Below are positions 51,901 to 63,904 of a stretch of 64,000 bases of DNA, in pieces. This DNA comes from Bugula neritina (taxonomy: Eukaryota; Animalia; Bryozoa). The stretch covers positions 496,001-560,000 of the forward strand of contig CAXIUT010000073.1 in NCBI GenBank assembly GCA_964035545.1. The letters run 5' to 3'. The notes beneath the pieces were generated by a model. The model ran no database searches, was not told the DNA's origin, and saw only the letters and a list, made by a program, of their open reading frames with translations. Numbering within the stretch: position 1 is the first letter of the stretch; each line of letters starts with the position of its first letter. Position numbers and translations under genes: made by a program.

Positions 51901-54900
51901 CCTGTCCCCTCTAACAACCAGCAATCCTGACTCATGTGAATTGTGTTATTGTTCTAGAGTTGGCCCATGGGCCTACAGTATACGATTTGAAGCTTTATAG
52001 TTTACAGGCAGTCGAGATGAGTCACTGCTGAAACCCATTTTATTAGTAGACTATATTGCTCTTCAATCATCAGTTTTCATATTAAAACAGAAAGCTCATC
52101 TGCAGCGCCATTTCACAGTGTTATATTTTGCTAGAGCAATAACTAATTTTAGATGCCTTTGCAAACATATGAGAAATAAATGAGTCATTCTATGAAAAGA
52201 GGTGTTTGCAGCAATTGTCCACTTTTGATTTACAAGCGGCATCGAAACTTTTGTAGTTTTAAATAATATCTCCAAACTCATCACTTGCATGTATTTAGAT
52301 ACTTGATAAACTTTTTTATGCAAAACTTGATGCCTGCTTCAAAGACACCAGTGCTTAATTACTGTGTTAACTGTATTGGCATGTTGCCATGAGATATTTG
52401 GTAATATTTCGCATCACAACAAACTCTTCAGAAAGTTGAGAAAATCAGTCTAGAAAGTTAATGAAATAAACCTACCAGAGAGAGGAAGCCAGATGTAACA
52501 AGTAGATCCAAAACAAGTTGATTAACAATTGAAGTTGAAATCTCCATGTAGTCAACACTTTAGTCCTAATGTCAAATGCAAGCGCCTGCAACCAAACTGT
52601 GTAGACTTCATGAGCTGGTTAGCTGACAGGACTCATTAAAGTTCTTAACTCTTGTGTGTATAGTGATGCCCATCTTGAACTAGAGAGGGGTGACTGAAGA
52701 CTGCTACTTTGTGAAAATTGACAATGCATATTATTATTATTCATTGTTGAGATTCACGACTGCCATAAACAATGATAAAATATTCATTGTTGGTACTACT
52801 GAGTAGAATAAAATATAATATAATATTATTTTCTGGACAGACAAATAATATCAAATGCATATTATAACTTACCATAAATCTACAGTGCTTCACATCTTCA
52901 CCTTTTTCTGCAATGTTATTTCTTTGCAGTTAGAAGTACTAGCTGAATATATGACTATGAAACATAACCCTTCAATTTCATTGCACCAGCACCAGTTGCA
53001 AGATAGGTGTGTTGGGAGTTATCTTTCCCAAAACTTTGTTCTTGGTGTTTATACGAAGCAGACACAGGCTAATATTAGTTTTGTTATTTGCAAGAGTATT
53101 TCTGTCTGATTGTCCATCGGCAAAAGTTTGCGCCTTGCAGTTATTATGGAAATACCAGTGATGCTGGAAGACCTTTGCATTGTACACCCGCCTTTACTAT
53201 TGAATTTAGATGTTTTATTTTCCCATCCCCTCTCCTGCCCCCCTGTCCCCTCTAACAACCAGCAATCCTGACTCATGTGAATTGTGTTATTGTTCTAGAG
53301 TTGGCCCATGGGCCCACAGTATACGATTTGAAGCTTTATAGTTTACAGGCAGTCGAGATGAGTCACTGCTGAAACCCATTTTATTAGTAGACTATATTGC
53401 TCTTCAATAATCAGTTTTCATATTAAAAGAGAAAGCTCATCTGCAGCGCCATTTCACAGTGTTATGTTTTGCTAGAGCAATAACTACTTTTAGATGCCTT
53501 TGCAAACATATGAGAAATAAATGAGTCATTCTATGAAAAGAGGTGTTTGCAGCACTTGTCCACTTTTGATTTTCATGCGGCATGGAAACTTTTGTAGTTT
53601 TAAATAATGTCTCCAAATTCATCACTTGCATGTGTTTAGATACTTGATGAAAATTTTTATGCAAAACTTGATGCCTGCTTCAAAGACACCAGTGCTTAAT
53701 TACTGTGTTAACTGTATTGGCACGTTGCCATGAGATATTTGGTAATATTTCGCATCACAACAAACTCTTCAGAAAGTTGAGAAAATCAGTCTAGAAAGTT
53801 AATGAAATAAACCTACCAGAGAGAGTAAGCTAGATGTAACAAGTAGATCCAAAACAAGTTGATAAACAATTGAAGTTGAAGTCTCCATGTAGTCAACACG
53901 TTAGTCCTAATGTCAAATGCAAACGTCTGCAACCAAACTGTGTAGACTTCATAAGCTGGTTAGCTGACAGGAGAGATTAAAGTTCTTAACTCTTGTGTGT
54001 ATAGTGATGCCCATCTTGAACTAGAGATGGCTGACTGAAGACTGCTACTTTGTGAAAATTGACAATGCATATTATTATTATTCATTGTTGAGATTCACGA
54101 CTGCCATAAACAATGATAAAATATTCATTGTTGGTACTACTGAGTAGAATAAAATATAATATAATATTATTTTCTGGACAGATAAATAATATCAAATGCA
54201 TATTATAACTTACCATAAATCTACAGTGCTTCACATCTTCACCTTTTTCTGCAATGTTATTTCTTTGCAGTTAGAAGTACTAGCTGAATATATGACTATG
54301 AAACATAACCCTTCAATTTCATTGCACCAGCACCAGTTGCAAGATAGGTGTATTGAGAGTTATCTTTCCCAAAATTTTGTTCTTGGTGTTTATACGAAGC
54401 AGACACAGGCTAATATTAGTTTTGTTATTTGCAAGAGTTTTTCTGTCTGATTGTCCATCAGCAAAAGTTTGCGCCTTGCAGTTATTATGGAAATACCAGT
54501 GATGCTGGAAGACCTTTGCATTGTACACCCGCCTTTACTATTGAATTTAGATATTTTATTTTCCCATCCCCTCTCCTGCCCCCCTGTCCCCTCTAACAAC
54601 CAGCAATCCTGACTCATGTGAATTGTGTTATTGTTCTAGAGTTGGCCCATGGGCCTACAGTATACGATTTGAAACTTTATAGTTTACAGGCAGTAGAGAT
54701 GAGTCACTGCTGAAACTCATTTTATTAGTAGACTATATTGCTCTTCAATAATCAGTTTTCATATTAAAAGAGAAAGCTCATCTGCAGCGCCATTTCACAG
54801 TGTTATGTTTTGCTAGAGCAATAACTACTTTTAGATGCCTTTGCAAACATATGAGAAATAAATGAGTCATTCTATGAAAAGAGGTGTTTGCAGCACTTGT

Positions 54901-57900
54901 CCACTTTTGATTTACATGCGGCATGGAAACTTTTGTAGTTTTAAATAATGTCTCCAAATTCATCACTTGCATGTGTTTAGATACTTGATGAAAATTTTTA
55001 TGCAAAACTTGATGCCTGCTTCAAAGACACCAGTGCTTAATTACTGTGTTAACTGTATTGGCACGTTGCCATGAGATATTTGGTAATATTTCGCATCACA
55101 ACAAACTCTTCAGAAAGTTGAGAAAATCAGTCTAGAAAGTTAATGAAATAAACCTACCAGAGAGAGGAAGCCAGATGTAACAAGTAGATCCAAAACAAGT
55201 TGATAAACAATTGAAGTTGAAGTCTCCATGTAGTCAACACTTTAGTCCTAACGTCAAATTCAAACGTCTGCAACCAAACTGTGTAGACTTCATGAGCTGG
55301 TTAGCTGACAGGACAGATTAAAGTTCTTAACTCTTGTGTGTATAGTGATGCCCATCTTGAACTAGAGAGGGCTGACTGAAGACTGCTACTTTGTGAAAAT
55401 TGACAATGCATATTATTATTATTCATTGTTGAGATTCACGACTGCCATACACAATGATAAAATATTCATTGTTGGTACTACTGAGTAGAATAAAATATAA
55501 TATAATATTATTTTCTGGAAAGATAAATAATATCAAATGCATATTATAACTTACCATAAATCTACAGTGCTTCACATCTTCACCTTTTTCTGCAATGTTA
55601 TTTCTTTGCAGTTAGAAGTACTAGCTGAATATATGACTATGAAACATAACCCTTCAATTTCATTGCACCAGCACCAGTTGCAAGATAGGTGTGTTGGGAG
55701 TCATCTTTCCTAAAAATTTGTTCTTGGTGTTTATACGAAGCAGACACAGGCTAATATTAGTTTTGTTATTTGCAAGAGTTTTTCTGTCTGATTGTCCATC
55801 AGCAAAAGTTTGCGCCTTGCAGTTATTATGGAAATACCAGTGATGCTGGAAGACCTTTGCATTGTACACCCGCCTTGACTATTGAAGTTAGATGTTTTAT
55901 TTTCCCATCCCCTCTCCCGCCCCCTTGTCCCCTCTAACAACCGGCAATCCTGACTCATGTGAATTGTGTTATTGTTCTAGAGTTGGCCCATGGGCCTACA
56001 GTATACGATTTGAAGCTTTATAGTTTACAGGCAGTCGAGATGAGTCACTGCTGAAACCCATTTTATTAGTAGACTATATTGCTCTTCAATCATCAGTTTT
56101 CATATTAAAACAGAAAGCTCATCTGCAGCGCCATTTCACAGTGTTATATTTTGCTAGAGCAATAACTAATTTTAGATGCCTTTGCAAACATATGAGAAAT
56201 AAATGAGTCATTCTATGAAAAGAGGTGTTTGCAGCAATTGTCCACTTTTGATTTACAAGCGGCATCGAAACTTTTGTAGTTTTAAATAATATCTCCAAAC
56301 TCATCACTTGCATGTATTTAGATACTTGATAAACTTTTTTATGCAAAACTTGATGCCTGCTTCAAAGACACCAGTGCTTAATTACTGTGTTAACTGTATT
56401 GGCATGTTGCCATGAGATATTTGGTAATATTTCGCATCACAACAAACTCTTCAGAAAGTTGAGAAAATCAGTCTAGAAAGTTAATGAAATAAACCTACCA
56501 GAGAGAGGAAGCCAGATGTAACAAGTAGATCCAAAACAAGTTGATTAACAATTGAAGTTGAAATCTCCATGTAGTCAACACTTTAGTCCTAATGTCAAAT
56601 GCAAGCGCCTGCAACCAAACTGTGTAGACTTCATGAGCTGGTTAGCTGACAGGACTCATTAAAGTTCTTAACTCTTGTGTGTATAGTGATGCCCATCTTG
56701 AACTAGAGAGGGGTGACTGAAGACTGCTACTTTGTGAAAATTGACAATGCATATTATTATTATTCATTGTTGAGATTCACGACTGCCATAAACAATGATA
56801 AAATATTCATTGTTGGTACTACTGAGTAGAATAAAATATAATATAATATTATTTTCTGGACAGACAAATAATATCAAATGCATATTATAACTTACCATAA
56901 ATCTACAGTGCTTCACATCTTCACCTTTTTCTGCAATGTTATTTCTTTGCAGTTAGAAGTACTAGCTGAATATATGACTATGAAACATAACCCTTCAATT
57001 TCATTGCACCAGCACCAGTTGCAAGATAGGTGTGTTGGGAGTTATCTTTCCCAAAACTTTGTTCTTGGTGTTTATACGAAGCAGACACAGGCTAATATTA
57101 GTTTTGTTATTTGCAAGAGTATTTCTGTCTGATTGTCCATCGGCAAAAGTTTGCGCCTTGCAGTTATTATGGAAATACCAGTGATGCTGGAAGACCTTTG
57201 CATTGTACACCCGCCTTTACTATTGAATTTAGATGTTTTATTTTCCCATCCCCTCTCCTGCCCCCCTGTCCCCTCTAACAACCAGCAATCCTGACTCATG
57301 TGAATTGTGTTATTGTTCTAGAGTTGGCCCATGGGCCCACAGTATACGATTTGAAGCTTTATAGTTTACAGGCAGTCGAGATGAGTCACTGCTGAAACCC
57401 ATTTTATTAGTAGACTATATTGCTCTTCAATAATCAGTTTTCATATTAAAAGAGAAAGCTCATCTGCAGCGCCATTTCACAGTGTTATGTTTTGCTAGAG
57501 CAATAACTACTTTTAGATGCCTTTGCAAACATATGAGAAATAAATGAGTCATTCTATGAAAAGAGGTGTTTGCAGCACTTGTCCACTTTTGATTTTCATG
57601 CGGCATGGAAACTTTTGTAGTTTTAAATAATGTCTCCAAATTCATCACTTGCATGTGTTTAGATACTTGATGAAAATTTTTATGCAAAACTTGATGCCTG
57701 CTTCAAAGACACCAGTGCTTAATTACTGTGTTAACTGTATTGGCACGTTGCCATGAGATATTTCGTAATATTTCGCATCACAACAAACTCTTCAGAAAGT
57801 TGAGAAAATCAGTCTAGAAAGTTAATGAAATAAACCTACCAGAGAGAGTAAGCTAGATGTAACAAGTAGATCCAAAACAAGTTGATAAACAATTGAAGTT

Positions 57901-60900
57901 GAAGTCTCCATGTAGTCAACACGTTAGTCCTAATGTCAAATGCAAACGTCTGCAACCAAACTGTGTAGACTTCATAAGCTGGTTAGCTGACAGGAGAGAT
58001 TAAAGTTCTTAACTCTTGTGTGTATAGTGATGCCCATCTTGAACTAGAGATGGCTGACTGAAGACTGCTACTTTGTGAAAATTGACAATGCATATTATTA
58101 TTATTCATTGTTGAGATTCACGACTGCCATAAACAATGATAAAATATTCATTGTTGGTACTACTGAGTAGAATAAAATATAATATAATATTATTTTCTGG
58201 ACAGATAAATAATATCAAATGCATATTATAACTTACCATAAATCTACAGTGCTTCACATCTTCACCTTTTTCTGCAATGTTATTTCTTTGCAGTTAGAAG
58301 TACTAGCTGAATATATGACTATGAAACATAACCCTTCAATTTCATTGCACCAGCACCAGTTGCAAGATAGGTGTATTGAGAGTTATCTTTCCCAAAATTT
58401 TGTTCTTGGTGTTTATACGAAGCAGACACAGGCTAATATTAGTTTTGTTATTTGCAAGAGTTTTTCTGTCTGATTGTCCATCAGCAAAAGTTTGCGCCTT
58501 GCAGTTATTATGGAAATACCAGTGATGCTGGAAGACCTTTGCATTGTACACCCGCCTTTACTATTGAATTTAGATATTTTATTTTCCCATCCCCTCTCCT
58601 GCCCCCCTGTCCCCTCTAACAACCAGCAATCCTGACTCATGTGAATTGTGTTATTGTTCTAGAGTTGGCCCATGGGCCTACAGTATACGATTTGAAACTT
58701 TATAGTTTACAGGCAGTAGAGATGAGTCACTGCTGAAACTCATTTTATTAGTAGACTATATTGCTCTTCAATAATCAGTTTTCATATTAAAAGAGAAAGC
58801 TCATCTGCAGCGCCATTTCACAGTGTTATGTTTTGCTAGAGCAATAACTACTTTTAGATGCCTTTGCAAACATATGAGAAATAAATGAGTCATTCTATGA
58901 AAAGAGGTGTTTGCAGCACTTGTCCACTTTTGATTTACATGCGGCATGGAAACTTTTGTAGTTTTAAATAATGTCTCCAAATTCATCACTTGCATGTGTT
59001 TAGATACTTGATGAAAATTTTTATGCAAAACTTGATGCCTGCTTCAAAGACACCAGTGCTTAATTACTGTGTTAACTGTATTGGCACGTTGCCATGAGAT
59101 ATTTGGTAATATTTCGCATCACAACAAACTCTTCAGAAAGTTGAGAAAATCAGTCTAGAAAGTTAATGAAATAAACCTACCAGAGAGAGGAAGCCAGATG
59201 TAACAAGTAGATCCAAAACAAGTTGATAAACAATTGAAGTTGAAGTCTCCATGTAGTCAACACTTTAGTCCTAACGTCAAATTCAAACGTCTGCAACCAA
59301 ACTGTGTAGACTTCATGAGCTGGTTAGCTGACAGGACAGATTAAAGTTCTTAACTCTTGTGTGTATAGTGATGCCCATCTTGAACTAGAGAGGGCTGACT
59401 GAAGACTGCTACTTTGTGAAAATTGACAATGCATATTATTATTATTCATTGTTGAGATTCACGACTGCCATACACAATGATAAAATATTCATTGTTGGTA
59501 CTACTGAGTAGAATAAAATATAATATAATATTATTTTCTGGAAAGATAAATAATATCAAATGCATATTATAACTTACCATAAATCTACAGTGCTTCACAT
59601 CTTCACCTTTTTCTGCAATGTTATTTCTTTGCAGTTAGAAGTACTAGCTGAATATATGACTATGAAACATAACCCTTCAATTTCATTGCACCAGCACCAG
59701 TTGCAAGATAGGTGTGTTGGGAGTCATCTTTCCTAAAAATTTGTTCTTGGTGTTTATACGAAGCAGACACAGGCTAATATTAGTTTTGTTATTTGCAAGA
59801 GTTTTTCTGTCTGATTGTCCATCAGCAAAAGTTTGCGCCTTGCAGTTATTATGGAAATACCAGTGATGCTGGAAGACCTTTGCATTGTACACCCGCCTTG
59901 ACTATTGAAGTTAGATGTTTTATTTTCCCATCCCCTCTCCCGCCCCCTTGTCCCCTCTAACAACCGGCAATCCTGACTCATGTGAATTGTGTTATTGTTC
60001 TAGAGTTGGCCCATGGGCCTACAGTATACGATTTGAAGCTTTATAGTTTACAGGCAGTCGAGATGAGTCACTGCTGAAACCCATTTTATTAGTAGACTAT
60101 ATTGCTCTTCAATCATCAGTTTTCATATTAAAACAGAAAGCTCATCTGCAGCGCCATTTCACAGTGTTATATTTTGCTAGAGCAATAACTAATTTTAGAT
60201 GCCTTTGCAAACATATGAGAAATAAATGAGTCATTCTATGAAAAGAGGTGTTTGCAGCACTTGTCCACTTTTGATTTACACGCGGCATCGAAACTTTTGT
60301 AGTTTTAAATAATGTCTCCAAATTCATCACTTGCATGTGTTTAGATACTTGATGAAAATGTTTATGCAAAATTTGATGCCTGCTTCAAAGACACCAGTGC
60401 TTAATTACTGTGTTAACTGTATTGGCACGTTGCCATGAGATATTTGGTAATATTTCGCATCACAACAAACTCTTCAGAAAGTTAAGAAAATCAGTCTAGA
60501 AAGTTAATGAAATAAACCTACCAGAGAGAGTAAGCCAGATGTAACAAGTAGATCCAAAACAAGTTGATTAACAATTGAAGTTGAAGTCTCGATGTAGTCA
60601 ACACTTTAGTCCTAACGTCAAATTCAAACGTCTGCAACCAAACTGTGTAGACTTCATGAGCTGGTTAGCTGACAGGACAGATTAAAGTTCTTAACTCTTG
60701 TGTGTATAGTGATGCCCATCTTGAACTAGAGAGGGCTGACTGAAGACTGCTACTTTGTGAAAATTGACAATGCATATTATTATTATTCATTGTTGAGATT
60801 CACGACTGCCATAAACAATGATAAAATATTCATTGTTGGTACTACTGAGTAGAATAAAATATAATATAATATTGTTTTCTGGACAGAAAAGTAATATCAA

Positions 60901-62940
60901 ATGCATATTATAACTTACCATAAATCTACAGTGCTTCACATCTTCACCTTTTCCTGCAATTTTATTTCTTTGCAGTTAGAAGTAGTAGCTGAATATATGA
61001 CGATGAAACATAACCCTTCAATTTCATTGCACCAGCACCAGTTGCAAGATAGGTGTGTTGGGAGTTATCTTTCCTAAAAATTTGTTCTTGGTGTTTATAC
61101 GAAGCAGACACAGGCTAATATTAGTTTTGTTATTTGCAAGAGTTTTTCTGTCTGATTGTCCATCAGCAAAAGTTTGCGCCTTGCAGTTATTATGGAAATA
61201 CCAGTGATGCTGGAAGACCTTTGCATTGTACACCCGCCTTTACTATTGAATTTAGATATTTTATTTTCCCATCCCCTCTCCTGCCCCCCTGTCCCCTCTA
61301 ACAACCAGCAATCCTGACTCATGTGAATTGTGTTATTGTTCTAGAGTTGGCCCATGGGCCTACAGTATACGATTTGAAGCTTTATAGTTTACAGGCAGTC
61401 GAGATGAGTCACTGCTGAAACCCATTTTATTAGTAGACTATATTGCTCTTCAATCATCAGTTTTCATATTAAAACAGAAAGCTCATCTGCAGCGCCATTT
61501 CACAGTGTTATATTTTGCTAGAGCAATAACTAATTTTAGATGCCTTTGCAAACATATGAGAAATAAATGAGTCATTCTATGAAAAGAGGTGTTTGCAGCA
61601 ATTGTCCACTTTTGATTTACAAGCGGCATCGAAACTTTTGTAGTTTTAAACAATATCTCCAAACTCATCACTTGCATGTATTTAGATACTTGATAAACTT
61701 TTTTATGCAAAACTTGATGCCTGCTTCAAAGACACCAGTGCTTAATTACTGTGTTAACTGTATTGGCATGTTGCCATGAGATATTTGGTAATATTTCGCA
61801 TCACAACAAACTCTTCAGAAAGTTGAGAAAATCAGTCTAGAAAGTTAATGAAATAAACCTACCAGAGAGAGGAAGCCAGATGTAACAAGTAGATCCAAAA
61901 CAAGTTGATTAACAATTGAAGTTGAAATCTCCATGTAGTCAACACTTTAGTCCTAATGTCAAATGCAAGCGCCTGCAACCAAACTGTGTAGACTTCATGA
62001 GCTGGTTAGCTGACAGGACTCATTAAAGTTCTTAACTCTTGTGTGTATAGTGATGCCCATCTTGAACTAGAGAGGGGTGACTGAAGACTGCTACTTTGTG
62101 AAAATTGACAATGCATATTATTATTATTCATTGTTGAGATTCACGACTGCCATAAACAATGATAAAATATTCATTGTTGGTACTACTGAGTAGAATAAAA
62201 TATAATATAATATTATTTTCTGGACAGACAAATAATATCAAATGCATATTATAACTTACCATAAATCTACAGTGCTTCACATCTTCACCTTTTTCTGCAA
62301 TGTTATTTCTTTGCAGTTAGAAGTACTAGCTGAATATATGACTATGAAACATAACCCTTCAATTTCATTGCACCAGCACCAGTTGCAAGATAGGTGTGTT
62401 GGGAGTTATCTTTCCCAAAACTTTGTTCTTGGTGTTTATACGAAGCAGACACAGGCTAATATTAGTTTTGTTATTTGCAAGAGTATTTCTGTCTGATTGT
62501 CCATCGGCAAAAGTTTGCGCCTTGCAGTTATTATGGAAATACCAGTGATGCTGGAAGACCTTTGCATTGTACACCCGCCTTTACTATTGAATTTAGATGT
62601 TTTATTTTCCCATCCCCTCTCCTGCCCCCCTGTCCCCTCTAACAACCAGCAATCCTGACTCATGTGAATTGCGTTATTGTTCTAGAGTTGGCCCATGGGC
62701 CCACAGTATACGATTTGAAGCTTTATAGTTTACAGGCAGTCGAGATGGGTCACTGCTGAAACCCATTTTATTAGTAGACTATATTGCTCTTCAATAATCA
62801 GTTTTCATATTAAAAGAGAAAGCTCATCTGCAGCGCCATTTCACAGTGTTATGTTTTGCTAGAGCAATAACTACTTTTAGATGCCTTTGCAAACATATGA
62901 GAAATAAATGAGTCATTCTATGAAAAGAGGTGTTTGCAGC
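42913..62940. repeat. HOR block 2: C-D-E-B' 4-mer with 3-mer deletion and duplication variants (order C D D E D E B' C D E/B' C D E B' C)
   Basis: The C marker gagtAtttc occurs at 43711, 53098, 57121 and 62485 (7, 3 and 4 monomers apart). The E marker ggagtCatc occurs at 47656, 50338, 55702 and 59725 (2, 4 and 3 monomers apart). Confidence 0.85.
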
Positions 62941-63722
62941 ATTTATTTTTTGAATCAAAAGATTTGAACTCCCATTTGGAAGCTATAAATCAAGATCTAA
63001 ACTCTCTGTCAATTTGGTGCAATAAAAACAAACTCACTATAAACTATGAAAAATGCAACTATATTGTTTTAAAAAACTACCAAAATCCTTTTCAAATTCT
63101 AGAAAACTGTATATTATTAAATAAAAGACCTATAAATTACTCTAACAGCATAACTTTTCTAGGTGTACAAATAGATAAAAATTTAAATTGGAGCTTGCAC
63201 ATCTCAAACCTACTTACAAAATTACGACCACTTAGTGGATTAATATACCGATGTTCTGAATATCTCCCTCAAAAAATTTTACTTTTGATATATAATTCTT
63301 TCATCAATTCCAAGTTAAATTATTGTGCAGAGGCCTGGGGAAATGCAGCTAATACCCATCTAAACAAGATTTTTATTTTTCAAAAAAAGGTAATGCGTAT
63401 CATGAACAAAAAACCGTTTGACCATCCATCAGCGCCTCTATTTACTAAGCATAAAGTTCTCTCAATATACCAGATTTACCGTTTTAAAGTGTTAAAGAAA
63501 GCTCATTCTTTTTTCTACTCTGACAATTTTTTTCCCACTCACTCTATCAATACACGTCAATCATTCATAAATCTCCCCCTTCCTCACTCTCAAACAGCAG
63601 CAGGTCACAGAAGAAACTGTTATCAGGAGGTGGCACTATGGAATGAACTGCCAATCCCTTTACGGTCAATTAGCAACCCTAATGAATTTGGGAGGAAGTT
63701 GAGGCTTTATCTGTTAGAATAG
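62941..63722 (+). pseudogene. ORF2 fragment: C-terminal part of LINE reverse transcriptase (thumb and C-terminal domain), truncated apparently just downstream of the catalytic Y/FADD motif
   Basis: An open frame of ~260 codons carries motifs typical of CR1/L2/Crack ORF2: W..N.L.IN..K, FLGV.ID..L.W..HI, L.YC...WG, QKK..R.., H.SAPLF and LWN.LP..LR. The track's TTG start at 62934 is satellite sequence. The endonuclease and catalytic RT motifs are missing. Confidence 0.92.
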
Positions 63723-63771
63723 TTGTATTTTTTTTGTATTTTTCTGGATAGAGTCGCTGTCAGCTCGTGTT

Positions 63772-63810
63772 GGCCCGCGCATGACTAGCTAGGCTATAGC
63801 GCAATGGGCC
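63772..63810 (+). other. LINE 3' UTR stem-loop (candidate RT recognition structure)
   Basis: ggccc (63772-76) pairs with gggcc (63806-10), gcgc (63777-80) pairs with gcgc (63799-802), and there is an inner tagc-tag-gcta hairpin. It is a GC-rich island in an AT-rich UTR. CR1/L2 LINEs are known to use 3' stem-loops plus microsatellite tails. Confidence 0.6.
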
Positions 63811-63868
63811 TCATCATCGCCTCCTTGGCATTTTCTAATGTCCTTGTGTTATTAAATACCTTTGATGA

Positions 63869-63904
63869 AATAAACCAAACAAACAAACAAACAAACAAAC
63901 AAAC
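63869..63904 (+). repeat. AATAAA followed by (AAAC)7 retrotransposon tail
   Basis: aataaa lies at 63869-63874 and seven AAAC units at 63877-63904. The last AC is shared with the satellite target. Confidence 0.92.

Larger units (their letters stand above)
1..62940. repeat. Tandem macrosatellite array, 1341-bp monomer, ~46.9 copies before the LINE insertion (starts upstream of the window)
   Basis: The sequence at 1 recurs at 1342, 2683 and so on. Homologous short ORFs recur at exact multiples of 1341 (750 to 62436 = 46 x 1341). All copies are in the same orientation. About 45 substitutions separate the A- and B-type monomers by hand count. Confidence 0.99.
62941..63904 (+). mobile_element. 5'-truncated non-LTR retrotransposon (LINE), CR1/L2/Crack group, 962 bp net insertion
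   Basis: A non-satellite segment interrupts a monomer at gcagc|acttgtcc. It encodes an RT C-terminal region, followed by a 3' UTR with a stem-loop, AATAAA and an (AAAC)7 tail. There is at most a 1-nt target-site duplication, consistent with CR1/L2-type elements. Confidence 0.95.

Noticed and set aside
556-62663. Repeated 69-84 aa ORFs on both strands as a tandem gene family
   Set aside because: They overlap in conflicting frames and strands and have no recognisable domain. The 84-aa ORF is broken by a stop in B and E monomers. Their recurrence just reflects the DNA repeat.
62934-63722. 262-aa ORF as a functional gene or satellite-LINE fusion protein
   Set aside because: The start is a TTG in satellite sequence with no in-frame upstream ATG before a stop. 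The catalytic RT and endonuclease regions are absent.
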